64,000 bases of DNA from Myxococcota bacterium (GCA_041611735.1 JBFIML010000011.1:23527-87526), one strand, 5' to 3'; shown: positions 1 to 9,846, counted from the stretch's first letter. The notes: generated from the sequence alone by a model not told the origin. Program-made: numbers and translations.

Positions 1-2360
1 TGCTTGAAGACCGTCTCCGTGTCCCCGGGCGCGGGCGCCGCTTCGCTGTTCAGCAGCGCACCGAGCCCCCCACCCTGGGACGCGAAGGGATGCTTCAGCG
101 CGAAGGGGCGCACCCGTCCCCAGCGCCAGCTCTCGAGGTTCGATCCGAAGCGGGCGCGGCCGGCCGCCACGGCGTCGGCCAGGGCCGCCTCGAGCAGGGT
201 CTGGCGCGTCTCCCGTGCGAGCGTGCGGGCGTCGTCCCAGACCACCGCCTCCTCCGGACGCGACCACAGCCAGGCCACGTTCGCCTCGAACTGGAGCAGC
301 GACTGGACCCAGCGCCACAGCTCGCTGCCGGCGCCCCCCGGCAGCTCGTCCGCCAGTGCGCGGTCGAGGATCGCGTGGGTCCAGAGCACGTAGAGGGTCG
401 CCGCCACCGAGTCGGGCTCCATGCGCCCGTCCCATGCACACAGCCGCGCCCGCGCTCCGGCCAGGGGATCGGACGCTGCGTCTCCGGTCCGGCACAGGAG
501 CTCCGCCAGCTCCGCGCGCAGGCCGGGCCACTGGGGATAGCGGGCGTCCAGCTGGATCGCGGCGGAGGCCTCGGCGGTGAGCCCGCCCCGGGCGATCTCC
601 GCTTCGAGTCGCTCGGCGATGCGCAGGAACCGCAGGGGCGCCGAGGCGTCGTTGTTGTAGGGGATGGGAAAGCGCTGCGCGGGAACCACCGGCCCGTTGG
701 CGCTGGCCAGCCAGCCCCGGGCCGGATTCGTGGAGGACGGCAGCTCGGACTTCGGGAGGAAGCCGTGCCATGCGAAGCGGCGGCTCCAGCCCGGCGCCGG
801 GAAGGTGCCGCGCCAGCCGCTGCGGATCGGCACGAGGCACGGGCTGCGGAACGCGATGCTCCCCTCGGCGTCGGCGAACACCCAGCTCGCGCAGCCGAGA
901 TCCAGCAGATCGAGCGCCGCCTCGAACTCGGCCGCCGTGCGGGCCCGGGTCATGAGCCGGGCGGCGTCGAGATCGGCGCCCCTACCGAGCGGTGCGCCGT
1001 GCAGGGCCGTGAGCGGGATGCGGCGCGCGGCGAAGGGCTCGAGATCGTTCACCAGCGGGCCGTCGCGGGTGAAGCGCACGGTCATGCGCACGGGATCGCC
1101 GCCCCGCACCGCGAAGACCTCGGTCCGCATCTCGAAGGGCACGAAGGTCTCGTCCAGCTCGTAGCCCTGGATCGGCACTCCGTCCGGCTCGATCCGGCGT
1201 CCGCGCAGCACGAGCAGGTCCTGGCGGTCCACGTGGTTGGTGGTGGCGCCCCAAGCCACGTGCCCGTTGTGCCCGAAGACGATGCGGTGCAGCCCCGGGA
1301 AGGTGAAGCCCGCCACGCGCGCCTCGCCCACGGAGAGCTCGACGCCCCACACCAGGGGCGGGTTGGCGTGGGGCAGGTGGGGGTCGCTGGAGAGGATCGG
1401 CCGCCCCGAGGCCGTGTGGGCTCCGGACACGGCCCAGTTGTTGCTGGCGCTCCAGCCCGAGCCGAGGGCGTCGGCCAGGGCGACCAGGCCGGGCGGCGCC
1501 CGGCCCCGCAGCGGGGCCGACGCCGCGTCCAAGGGGTCGAAGCCGTCGGCACGGCCCTCCGCGCAGCGCGCGGGCAGCTCCGCGGCCAGCTCCGGAAGCA
1601 CGGCCGGCGGCGACGGGTACCACTGCGCGCGCAGGTCCGCGTCGGGCAGAGCGTGGCTCGCGAACTCGAAGTCCGTGGGCCAGATGCGCTCCAGGGCCTC
1701 GAGCCCCGCCGCGCAGGCGATGGCCAGGCGGCGGATCTCCCGGTCCGCGTTGCTCGCGAGCCCGTACTGGAGCAGCTGGTAGATGGACAGGGAGTCGAAC
1801 ACCGTCCAGGCGCGTACGCTGGCCACGCCGAGCAGCCGATGCTCGAGCGGGAGGTGCTGCTCGTCGATCCAGCGGTTCACGCCCTGCACGAAGGCGTCGA
1901 GGGCGGCTCGCTCCTCCTTGGACGTGCGCTCGTAGAGCAGGACGGCCTTCTCCCGGAAGCCGAGGAAGCGGTTCAGGCGATCCACGTCGAGGGTGGTGCG
2001 GTCGCCGAAGGCGCGATTGCCGATCCACGCGGCCAGCTCGCCCCGGGCCAGGTGCCGGAAGAGATCCATCTGGGCCAGCCGGTCGCGCGCCTGCAGATAG
2101 CCCTGCGCCAGCAGCGCGTCGGTCTCGTGGGATGCGGCGATGCGCCACAGGCCGTCGGGCCGCTGCGCCACCTCCACCGGAGCCCGCAGCCCGTCCAGCA
2201 CCCGCACCGCGCCGTCCTGGAAGCTGGGCGCGTCGGGTCGCACCGCGTAGCGCGCGAGCCGCACGGCGGCACAGCCGGTCGCGAGCGCGAGGAGGGCGAG
2301 GAGCGCGAGCACGCGCGGCATCGAGCCTGGGCCCCCGGCGGCGAACGTCCAGCTCCGCAT
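1..2360 (-). CDS. Penicillin acylase family (Ntn hydrolase) lipoprotein, 3' end runs off the window
   Basis: Manual translation: lipobox LATGC, AQGYLQARDRLAQMDLFR, beta-subunit start ASNNWAVSG, DPHLPH, GFTFPGLHRIVFGHNGHVAWGAT. Alternative start ATG at 2321. Not in the ORF track because the stop lies outside the window. Confidence 0.9.
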   Translation of the reverse strand, partial: MRSWTFAAGGPGSMPRVLALLALLALATGCAAVRLARYAVRPDAPSFQDGAVRVLDGLRAPVEVAQRPDGLWRIAASHETDALLAQGYLQARDRLAQMDLFRHLARGELAAWIGNRAFGDRTTLDVDRLNRFLGFREKAVLLYERTSKEERAALDAFVQGVNRWIDEQHLPLEHRLLGVASVRAWTVFDSLSIYQLLQYGLASNADREIRRLAIACAAGLEALERIWPTDFEFASHALPDADLRAQWYPSPPAVLPELAAELPARCAEGRADGFDPLDAASAPLRGRAPPGLVALADALGSGWSASNNWAVSGAHTASGRPILSSDPHLPHANPPLVWGVELSVGEARVAGFTFPGLHRIVFGHNGHVAWGATTNHVDRQDLLVLRGRRIEPDGVPIQGYELDETFVPFEMRTEVFAVRGGDPVRMTVRFTRDGPLVNDLEPFAARRIPLTALHGAPLGRGADLDAARLMTRARTAAEFEAALDLLDLGCASWVFADAEGSIAFRSPCLVPIRSGWRGTFPAPGWSRRFAWHGFLPKSELPSSTNPARGWLASANGPVVPAQRFPIPYNNDASAPLRFLRIAERLEAEIARGGLTAEASAAIQLDARYPQWPGLRAELAELLCRTGDAASDPLAGARARLCAWDGRMEPDSVAATLYVLWTHAILDRALADELPGGAGSELWRWVQSLLQFEANVAWLWSRPEEAVVWDDARTLARETRQTLLEAALADAVAAGRARFGSNLESWRWGRVRPFALKHPFASQGGGLGALLNSEAAPAPGDTETVFK

Positions 2361-2417
2361 GTACCACGGCCGTCGCGGGTCGTCACCCGGGGTGCGGCGT
2401 CGGGAAGGGCGGGGGGC

Positions 2418-2909
2418 TCAGGCCGGGCCCGGCTCCTTCGGCCCCTCCTCCAGGATCGCGGCGAGCTCGTTCAGGTCTTCGGCCACGTCCCCGAAGGCGT
2501 CCTGCTTGCGCAGGTGGATGCGGGAGCCATAGTCGCCGTTCTTGAGCGCCTCGATGTGGCGCCGGATCGGAATCTCGGGACCGATCATGCGGTGGGCCCA
2601 GGCCACACACAGCACCAGCACGACCACGGAGTAGCCGAACGCCAGGGCGGCGAGGGTCACGCCGAAGTCGCGCGTCTGGGCCGCGATCACGTGCCGGTAG
2701 AACTCGGGCTGCAGGGTCTCCTGGATGGCCACTTCGAAGACGCGCCCGAAGGTGAGGTAGCTGTGGAACGCCAGGGTGGACACGAAGGCGAGGGTGAGCA
2801 GCAGCATGTAGAGGGGCAGCTTGAGCTGGAGCGAAGGCCGCAGCAGCAGGTTCCAGGGCTTGCGCCGCGGATTCAGGGTGAAGAAGCCGGTGCCGGGTGC
2901 GCGCGCCAC
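2418..2909 (-). CDS. Small two-TM membrane protein with HAMP-like domain
   Basis: GTG start after GAGGAG; two hydrophobic segments, then HRMIGP...LKNGDYGSRIHLRKQDAFGDVAEDLNELA. Confidence 0.8.
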   Translation of the reverse strand: MARAPGTGFFTLNPRRKPWNLLLRPSLQLKLPLYMLLLTLAFVSTLAFHSYLTFGRVFEVAIQETLQPEFYRHVIAAQTRDFGVTLAALAFGYSVVVLVLCVAWAHRMIGPEIPIRRHIEALKNGDYGSRIHLRKQDAFGDVAEDLNELAAILEEGPKEPGPA

Positions 2910-3107
2910 GCGGGAATCTCCTCGCGCCCTGTTTCGGCCGGTTCTGCCTGGGACTGAAGCCGGGCGGAGTATCCCCTCGGGGGAAAAGGCCGCTTCCCGC
3001 CGCTCGGCCCGAGCCGCGAGCGCGCGCTCCGGCAGCGAGGCCCGACCCCCTGGCGCCGGCCCGGTGCGCCCCCAAGGTCCCGCGCAGGAGGGCCGATACG
3101 TGCCGGC

Positions 3108-3338
3108 ATGGGCATCTCGCTCGCGCGGCTCGGCCGCACCTTCCTGGCCCTGACCACCGGGATGGTGGTCCTGACCGTGCTCCACCTCTGGGAGGTGGTG
3201 GCGCTCTCTCCCGAAACCTTCGCACGCGTGGTGATCACCTACCTGCTGGTCTCGGCCCTGCTCGGCGTCACCGCCGGGGTCGCGCGGCTTCGCGACGAAG
3301 GGCCGAAGAATCGCGACGGCGACGGACTCGTCGACTAG
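3108..3338 (+). CDS. Small hypothetical membrane protein
   Basis: 76 aa, two hydrophobic helices, directly upstream of a DUF4177-like gene. Confidence 0.65.
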   Translation: MGISLARLGRTFLALTTGMVVLTVLHLWEVVALSPETFARVVITYLLVSALLGVTAGVARLRDEGPKNRDGDGLVD

Positions 3339-3347
3339 GAGCTCCAG

Positions 3348-3632
3348 ATGTTCGAGTATCAGGTGATCATCTATACGGAGAGCGCTGTCACCGCTCTGCT
3401 TCCCGGCGGAGGTCGCGTGGATCCCGAGCGCTTCGCGGCGTTCATCAACGGCCACGCGCGCCGGGGCTGGAAGGTGGTGACCATGGAGCGGGAGAAGCGC
3501 CGCACGCTGCTCTTCTGGTCGCGCGAGGCCTTCCTGGTCGTGATGGAGCGGCCCCTGCAGCGGGCCGCAGGCGCCCTCTCGGAGGCGGACCGGAACGATG
3601 GCGTGCGCGCCCTGGCCGCGCGCAGCTACTAG
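3348..3632 (+). CDS. DUF4177 family protein
   Basis: AGGAG RBS; EYQVIIY...FINGHARRGWKVVTME...FLVVMER pattern. Confidence 0.75.
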   Translation: MFEYQVIIYTESAVTALLPGGGRVDPERFAAFINGHARRGWKVVTMEREKRRTLLFWSREAFLVVMERPLQRAAGALSEADRNDGVRALAARSY

Positions 3633-4873
3633 CCGCGCTTCGGCTCCCGACCGAACAGCACCCCGGCCACCCGGCGCAGCTGGATCTCGTCCGATCCCTC
3701 GGTGATCCGGTAGCGTCGGTGGTGCCGGTAGATGTGCTCGAAGGGCAGGTGGCGCGTGTAGCCGATGCCGCCGTGCACCTGGATGGCACGGTCCGCCGCG
3801 TCGCATGCCAGGCGATTCGCCCGGTAGTTGCACATGGAGACCCGGTCGCTCACGGCCAGGGCCTCGGCCTGGTCGAGCTGCCAGGCGGTCTTGTGCACCA
3901 GGGTCCGTACCAGCTCGCACTCCGTGTGGAGCTCGGCCAGGGGGAACTGGATGGCCTGATTCAGCCAGAGCGGCTGCCCGAAGACGAGGCGCTCCCGGGC
4001 GTAGCGGACGCTCGCCGCGATGCAGTAGCGGGCCACCCCCACCCCCGAGGCGGCCTGGCGGATGCGGTTCTCGTGCACGAAGTGCTGGGCCACCTGGAGG
4101 CCGCCGCCCTCCTCGCCGAGGATCGCGTCGGGGCCGACGCGCACGTTCTCGAGCGTCACCTCGGCGTGATCCGTGGGCATGTTGAAGGTCCACCACAGGA
4201 AGTCCACCCGGAAGCCCGGGGTGTCGGTGGGGACGATGAAGGCGGTGATGCCGCGGGCCTCGCCCGGCCGCCCCGAGCTGCGCGCGAAGACCAGGTCGTA
4301 GTTGGCGCTGTGGAGCCCCGAGTTGAAGCGCTTGCGGCCGCTCAGCAACCACGCGCCGTCCTGCCGCACCGCCGTGGTCTCCAGCCAGGTGGCGTCGCTC
4401 CCGTGGCCGGGCTCCGTCAGGCCGAAGCCCATGCGATGGGTGCCGGTCACGAGACCGGGCAGGAACTCCCGCTTCTGGGCCTCGCTCCCGAAGGTCCACA
4501 GCATGTGCACCAGCGGGAAGTTGCCCACGATGGAGGACTCGTTCTGGAGCTCGTTGTGGAGCCCCAGGCCCCGGGCGGCCAGGTGCTCGCGCACCACCGC
4601 CATGGCCAGGTTGGAGGCCTCCTGGCCCCCGAGCGCCCGCGGCAGCGCATAGCGCAGGTGCCCCGCCGCGTCCGCCCGCCGGCGCATCTCCGCGAGCAGC
4701 GCCTCCCACTCCGGGCGCGGCCGGCCGCCGTTCTCCCAGTCCGTGCGGGCAGGCTCGCGCCGCTGGTCGAAGAACTGGGGATGATCCCGCTCCAGGGGCA
4801 CGATCTCGCGCTCGATGAAGGCGTCGAGCTCTGCGAGCTTGCGCTGGATCGCCTCGGGGATCGCGAAGTCCAT
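3629..4873 (-). CDS. Acyl-CoA dehydrogenase, LvaC-like
   Basis: MDFAIP start after GAGGAG; FGLTEPGHGSDA, IQVHGGIG, RRYRITEGSDEIQ; GLGLHNELQNESSIVGN typical of the LvaC subfamily. Confidence 0.92.
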   Translation of the reverse strand: MDFAIPEAIQRKLAELDAFIEREIVPLERDHPQFFDQRREPARTDWENGGRPRPEWEALLAEMRRRADAAGHLRYALPRALGGQEASNLAMAVVREHLAARGLGLHNELQNESSIVGNFPLVHMLWTFGSEAQKREFLPGLVTGTHRMGFGLTEPGHGSDATWLETTAVRQDGAWLLSGRKRFNSGLHSANYDLVFARSSGRPGEARGITAFIVPTDTPGFRVDFLWWTFNMPTDHAEVTLENVRVGPDAILGEEGGGLQVAQHFVHENRIRQAASGVGVARYCIAASVRYARERLVFGQPLWLNQAIQFPLAELHTECELVRTLVHKTAWQLDQAEALAVSDRVSMCNYRANRLACDAADRAIQVHGGIGYTRHLPFEHIYRHHRRYRITEGSDEIQLRRVAGVLFGREPKRG

Positions 4874-4893
4874 GGGGTCCTCCTCGGCGCGGA

Positions 4894-5904
4894 TCAGCGC
4901 TCCGGGTAGGCGCGGCGCAGGAGCGCGAGGACGTCCCACTCGAGCTCGGCCACGCGCCGGCCGCTGGCGGCCATGACGATGGACGGCACGCTCCCGTCCA
5001 GGAAGGCCGCGGCCTGGGCTGCCAGGCCGACCCCCCAGCGCAGGTGGCCGTACAGCTTCCACCAGTGGAAGCTCTCCGGCGCCCACTTGCCGCCGGTCGC
5101 CTCGTAGCCGGCGCGCAGGGTCCGGCGCGAAGCGAAGCCGCCCACCTCGAGGGCATCGTTCCCGAAGCGCCACATGCGCACGCACAGCCAGGCCAGGTCC
5201 TCCATGGGATCGCCCACGTGAGCCACCTCCCAGTCGAGGGCCGCGCGCAGACCCTCGGGACCGACCACCAGGTTTCCGTTGCGGAAGTCGCCGTGCAGGA
5301 GGCTCGGGTGCGCGGGGGCGGGCGGCGGGTTGCGGGCCAGCCAGCGGAACGCGAGGGCGAAGGCGGGCGAGGGCTCGAGCAGGCGCGCGAACTCGGGCTC
5401 CAGGCGCAGCAGGGCGTGCTCGGCGGGCGGGCACGACCCCGGCCGGTCGAGGGCCAGGGGAGCGCGGCCCGCGTCGGCGGCGTGCAGGCGGGCCAGCGCC
5501 TCGCCGCACTGGCGGGCGAGCAGCGCGCCGAGGTCCGGCTGCGCCTGGACCCGGCGCAGCACGTGGCGCGGGATGGTGTCCCCCTCGATGCGCGCCGTCA
5601 CGAAGAACGGGCCGCCCGCGAAGCCGGCGTCCTCGCACACCGCGTGCACGGCGGGCACCGGGACGCCCGCCGTCGCTGCCAGCCGGAGCGTCTCGGCCTC
5701 CGCCGCGACGGGTATCACCTGGACCGCCTGGCTGGGGACGACCGTGGCCACCAGGGGAAGCGACCCGCTGCCCCGCAGCGCGTCGAAGATCAGGTTGTGT
5801 CGCCGCGCCCCGGCCGAGGCCACGCGCAGGCCCTGCACGCGTACCGCCTCGCCCCACGCGTCGGACAGGAAGGCGGCGAGTCCCGTGGCCACCGCTTCGA
5901 TCAA
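4894..5904 (-). CDS. APH-family phosphotransferase, LvaA-like
   Basis: HGDFRNGN, LDWEVAH.GDPMEDL; TTG start overlaps the upstream stop (TTGA). Confidence 0.88.
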   Translation of the reverse strand: MIEAVATGLAAFLSDAWGEAVRVQGLRVASAGARRHNLIFDALRGSGSLPLVATVVPSQAVQVIPVAAEAETLRLAATAGVPVPAVHAVCEDAGFAGGPFFVTARIEGDTIPRHVLRRVQAQPDLGALLARQCGEALARLHAADAGRAPLALDRPGSCPPAEHALLRLEPEFARLLEPSPAFALAFRWLARNPPPAPAHPSLLHGDFRNGNLVVGPEGLRAALDWEVAHVGDPMEDLAWLCVRMWRFGNDALEVGGFASRRTLRAGYEATGGKWAPESFHWWKLYGHLRWGVGLAAQAAAFLDGSVPSIVMAASGRRVAELEWDVLALLRRAYPER

Positions 5905-6287
5905 TCGTCGAGCTCCGTGCGGAAGTCCCAGGCGTCGTAGCCGGGCTTCGCGACGGCCAGCTTGCCGCGCGCGATCTCGACGAGCGCGGGCCAGGCTCGC
6001 CGCTCGAGCTCCGGGTCGGCGTCGGCTTGCAGGCGGTCGGCGAGCTCGTGGGCCAGGGCCGCGGCGTCGCGGCCGTCGGGCGCGACGCGCAGCACCTCCC
6101 GCAGGCGCTGGGCCGCCCCCAGCTCGAGCTCCGCGCCCAGGGCGAGCTCCCGCTCCACGACGCGGCACAGGTGGGCCGCCACGCGCACGAGGTGGCGGAG
6201 CGGCGCGTCGGTGGCCGCGAGCACGTCGTTCTCCAGCAGCCGGGCCACGGCGGCGACGAGCTCCGCGGCGCGGGGGCGGTCCTGCAC
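5901..6287 (-). CDS. DUF6285 family protein, LvaB-like
   Basis: QDRPRAAELVAAVARLL...RVAAHLCRVVEREL...KLAVAKPGY. Confidence 0.82.
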   Translation of the reverse strand: MQDRPRAAELVAAVARLLENDVLAATDAPLRHLVRVAAHLCRVVERELALGAELELGAAQRLREVLRVAPDGRDAAALAHELADRLQADADPELERRAWPALVEIARGKLAVAKPGYDAWDFRTELDD

Positions 6288-6515
6288 GGGGACAGAGTGG
6301 CATAGGGCAACTGGCGCCGCTCCGGCTCGCGAAGGCTGGCGGGACCGGCGGTGCGGGGCGCACTCCCGGCGACGGACGCGTTTCGCGACCCCCTTGCGCT
6401 GTGCCCCACTACCTGCCCCGGCGGCGGGCGGTTTCGCCGCCGCCCGCAGCTCGGCGTGAAGCGACGCCGGGAATGGACCGCGTTTCGGGGCCGCCGCGGG
6501 GGTAGACTGGGACCC

Positions 6516-7562
6516 ATGTCGGACGCTCGCGCCGAAGCGGGCGATCTCGCCGCACGCCTCGCGGCCTGGGCCCGCGATCGGCTGGCGCACGCCCGCCACG
6601 TGCGCGTCCTGCACCTCGAGCGCATCCACGGCGGCGCCTCCCGGGAGACGTACCGCTTCGTGCTCGCCTGGGAGGCGGACGGGCGTCGCCGCGAGCGGGC
6701 CCTGGTCCTGCGCCGCGATGCCCCCGCCAGCCTGATCGAGACCGAACGCCGGGTGGAGTTCGCCGCCTACCGGGCCTTCCACGGCACGCCGGTTCCGGTG
6801 CCCGAGCCGCTCGGGCTCGAGGAGGACCCAGCGGCCCTCGGGGCGCCCTTCTTCGTGATGGACGCCCTGGAGGGGGAAGCGTCGCCGAAGCGCCTGTTTG
6901 CGCCCCCATACCTCGAGCAGCGCGAGAAGATCGGCCGGCGCAAGTGGGCGATCCTGGGCGAGATCGCCCGGGCCGATCCCAAGGCCCTGGGCCTGACGGA
7001 CGTGCTGCCCGAGGTGGCCCCCGACGCCGCCTGGCGGCGCGAGCTCGACCGCTGGGAGCGCATGCTCGACGCCGACGCCCTGGAGCCCCAGCCGATCGCG
7101 CGCGCGGCGATCCGCTGGCTGCGGCGCGCTCCCCCGCCGCCCGCCCAGCGCGTGGCCGTGGTGCACGCCGACTACCGGACCGGGAACTTCCTGGTGGACG
7201 CCTCCGGTGCGATCCGCGGCATCCTCGACTGGGAGATGGTGCACCTGGGCGACCCGCTGGAGGATTTGGCCTGGAGCCTGAACCGGGTCTGGTGCTGGAC
7301 CCGCGACGAGCGGGTGGGCGGGCTCCTGCCCAGGCCCGAGGCGATCCGGGTCTGGGAGGCGGCCAGCGGGCTGCGCGCCGACCCCGTCGCCCTGCGCTGG
7401 TGGGAGGTCTTCTCGTGCGTGAAGGGCCAGGCCATCTGGGTGTCGGCGGCGCGCGAGTTCCAGGAGGGCCGCAATCGCGATCCCGTGATGGCCTTCTCCT
7501 GCTGGATGCAGGGCAACAGCCAGGACCGGGCCACCCTGGCGCTGCTGGGGCACCTGCCGTGA
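6516..7562 (+). CDS. APH-family phosphotransferase (second copy, divergent)
   Basis: GGASRETY, LVLRRD, HADYRTGN, LDWEMVHLGDPLEDL. Confidence 0.9.
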   Translation: MSDARAEAGDLAARLAAWARDRLAHARHVRVLHLERIHGGASRETYRFVLAWEADGRRRERALVLRRDAPASLIETERRVEFAAYRAFHGTPVPVPEPLGLEEDPAALGAPFFVMDALEGEASPKRLFAPPYLEQREKIGRRKWAILGEIARADPKALGLTDVLPEVAPDAAWRRELDRWERMLDADALEPQPIARAAIRWLRRAPPPPAQRVAVVHADYRTGNFLVDASGAIRGILDWEMVHLGDPLEDLAWSLNRVWCWTRDERVGGLLPRPEAIRVWEAASGLRADPVALRWWEVFSCVKGQAIWVSAAREFQEGRNRDPVMAFSCWMQGNSQDRATLALLGHLP

Positions 7563-7675
7563 AGCCCGACCCGGCGCCTGGAGGCGGCCATCTGGCGCGA
7601 GCTGCGCGCCTCCACGGAGCGCCGCCGCCTGTCGATCCAACCCTACTGAGCGCCCCCGCGCGCAGGAGCACCCCC

Positions 7676-8806
7676 ATGCTGTCCCGCTTCGACGACTATC
7701 CGATCCACCCGACGCCCGAGCCGATCGCGCAGCCGGCCTCGAGCGACCGCAACGTGTACGACCGCTACTGGTTCAACGGCTACACCGCCGACGGCGAGTT
7801 CTACTTCGGGATCGGCCTCGGCCTCTACCCGAACCGGCGCATCCTCGACTGCGGCCTGAGCATCGTGCGCGACGGGGAGCAGCACGCCTTCCACGCCTCG
7901 CGGCGGGCGCCGGCCGAGCCCAGCGAGACCGGGGTGGGGCCCTTCCGGCTCGACGTGCTCGAGCCCATGCGCCGGCTGCGCGTGCGCATCGCGCCGAACG
8001 AGACCGGGATGGAGTGCGACCTGCTCTTCACGCCGCGCACCGCGTGCCTCGAGGAGGGGCGCCAGACCCTGCGCCGGGACGGCCGCGTGATCATGGACGC
8101 CACGCGCTTCACCCAGTTCGGGCGCTGGGAGGGGCACCTGGGCTACGCGGGCCGCCGCATCGCGGTGGAGTCCGCGCGCGTCCTCGGCACCAGGGACCGC
8201 TCCTGGGGCGTTCGTCCCGTGGGCGAGCCCGAGACGGGCGGGGCGCCCGCGAGCCGGCCGCCCCAGGTCTTCTTCCTATGGGCGCCCATCCACTGGGAGG
8301 ACTGCTGCACCCACTCCGCCATCTTCGAGGACGAGCACGGGCGCTCCTGGCACCAGGAGGGGGCCATCCTGCCCGCCTATGCGTCGGTGGAAGCGATCCC
8401 CGGCGACGGCGTCGAGGACCCGGGCGTCGAGCGCCTGGCCGGCGTCGGCCACCGGCTCGCCTACGAGAAGGGCACGCGGCGGGCGCGGCAGGCCGAGCTC
8501 ACCTTGCGGACCCGCTCGGGCGAGCGGCACGAGCTCGCCCTCGAGCCCCTGCTCTGCTTTCGCATGAAGGGGCTCGGGTACCTGCATCCGGAGTGGGGGC
8601 ACGGGCGCTGGCAGGGCGAGCTCGCCGTGGCGGGCGAGTCCTGGAAGAGCGAGGCCCTGGATCCCCTGGCGCTCGAGAACCTGCACGTCCAGCAGGTGGT
8701 CCGGGCGCGCTGGGGCGGCCGCGAAGGGGTCGGGGTCCTGGAGCAGCTCTGCCTCGGCCCTCACGCGACCTACGGCTTCCGGGAGCTCCGGGACGGCGCG
8801 GCCTGA
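7676..8806 (+). CDS. Conserved hypothetical protein (beta-rich, possibly tocopherol-cyclase/CrtC-like fold)
   Basis: AGGAG RBS; FDDYPIH.TPEP, YDRYWFNGY, RDRSWGVRP motifs; the fold is inferred. Confidence 0.75.
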   Translation: MLSRFDDYPIHPTPEPIAQPASSDRNVYDRYWFNGYTADGEFYFGIGLGLYPNRRILDCGLSIVRDGEQHAFHASRRAPAEPSETGVGPFRLDVLEPMRRLRVRIAPNETGMECDLLFTPRTACLEEGRQTLRRDGRVIMDATRFTQFGRWEGHLGYAGRRIAVESARVLGTRDRSWGVRPVGEPETGGAPASRPPQVFFLWAPIHWEDCCTHSAIFEDEHGRSWHQEGAILPAYASVEAIPGDGVEDPGVERLAGVGHRLAYEKGTRRARQAELTLRTRSGERHELALEPLLCFRMKGLGYLHPEWGHGRWQGELAVAGESWKSEALDPLALENLHVQQVVRARWGGREGVGVLEQLCLGPHATYGFRELRDGAA

Positions 8807-8824
8807 GGCCGCGCGGCCGCGCGC

Positions 8825-9193
8825 CTACTCCTCGGTCAGCATGCTGCGCGCGTTGAGCCCCGCCGTGGCGGCCTTCACGTAGTACTGCCAGGCCATGTTG
8901 TAGGCGAAGGAAGCCTCCTTCCAGGCCTCGGCCTGGGCCTTCGTGTCGCCTTCGGCTCGGCTCTTGTCACCCTCCGTCAGCCAGCGCTTGGCGTCGGCGA
9001 TCAGGCCCGCCGCGTCCGGCTTGCCCTGGTCGCCGATCTGCTCGAGCTCCTCCGCCACGCCCACCACGGCAGCCCGGGTCTCGTTGGCCTGCTTCTGCCA
9101 GGAGAGGGCGCTCTTCTGGGGATCGGCGCCCTGGGCTGCGGCGCCCAGGGCAAAGAGGAGGGCGCAAGCGAACAGCGCAACGGCTCGGGTCAT
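8825..9193 (-). CDS. Secreted helical hypothetical protein
   Basis: Signal peptide ending AAA; AAGGAG RBS. Confidence 0.75.
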   Translation of the reverse strand: MTRAVALFACALLFALGAAAQGADPQKSALSWQKQANETRAAVVGVAEELEQIGDQGKPDAAGLIADAKRWLTEGDKSRAEGDTKAQAEAWKEASFAYNMAWQYYVKAATAGLNARSMLTEE

Positions 9194-9223
9194 GACGGCT
9201 CCTTCCAGGCGAGAGGATGTCGA

Positions 9224-9251
9224 AAGCTAACCGCGCACGCGCTGCGGTCAA
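9224..9251 (-). promoter_or_regulatory. sigma-70-like promoter
   Basis: TTGACC-16bp-TAGCTT on the minus strand, upstream of the 9193 start. Confidence 0.4.
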
Positions 9252-9372
9252 GCGTGCCCGCGGGCGTCCGCGGGCAGCACCGCCCTCGAGCCGGAAGCCG
9301 TGTTGCAGAATGTCTCAAGGGCGGGACAGGCCGACTCGCAGGCGACCCGATCGAGACCTGACCGGATGCGCT

Positions 9373-9696
9373 TCAGCGCCGTCCCGGCGGGCCGTCGGGC
9401 GGACGCCCGGGACGACCCGGCGGGCCGGCCTCCGGGCGGCCGGGCCGATCCGGACGGTTCGCGGCAGGACGGCCGCGCCCACGGCGGTCGTCGGTGCTCG
9501 CCGAATCGGCCAGATCGCTCATCGTGGCATCGGTGACCTGCCCGAGCGGGTGCCAGACGGCCAGGACGGCCACCACGACGAGGGCGCCCACCAGGGCCCA
9601 CTCCATGGTCTCGAGGCCCTGCTGGTGCCGGAGGAAGCGCAGCTCGGTCGGGCGAAGCCGGTGGCGCAGGCGCGCGGCCCGAGCCCGGAGCCCCAT
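9373..9696 (-). CDS. Flp/Fap-type pilin with Pro/Arg-rich tail
   Basis: Basic leader, QQG|LETMEWALVGALVVVAVLAVW: prepilin cleavage Gly, E+5 and a hydrophobic helix. Confidence 0.65.
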   Translation of the reverse strand: MGLRARAARLRHRLRPTELRFLRHQQGLETMEWALVGALVVVAVLAVWHPLGQVTDATMSDLADSASTDDRRGRGRPAANRPDRPGRPEAGPPGRPGRPPDGPPGRR

Positions 9697-9846
9697 GCTC
9701 TCTCCCATCCCGCCACGCCGCGGCGTGGCGCTGCGAGCCGCTTGCCGCTCCGCTGCGTCCGGCGACGCCTCGGGGCGGCCGATGGGGAGTGACCTCCGGG
9801 CGTGCCGAGGTGACGCGGGCCGGAGGGAGCGGTTCCGAGGGTCCGC

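Noticed and set aside
90-2957. 955-aa + strand ORF and the many other long overlapping ORFs (e.g. 10866-14561, 50945-53962, 59089-62160)
   Set aside because: Antisense or off-frame shadows of real genes, caused by stop-codon scarcity at high GC; no family motifs
2418-6625. Apparent giant fusion ORFs (912 aa, 998 aa)
   Set aside because: Only the 3' parts are protein-like and have their own RBS and start; the upstream parts overlap other real genes
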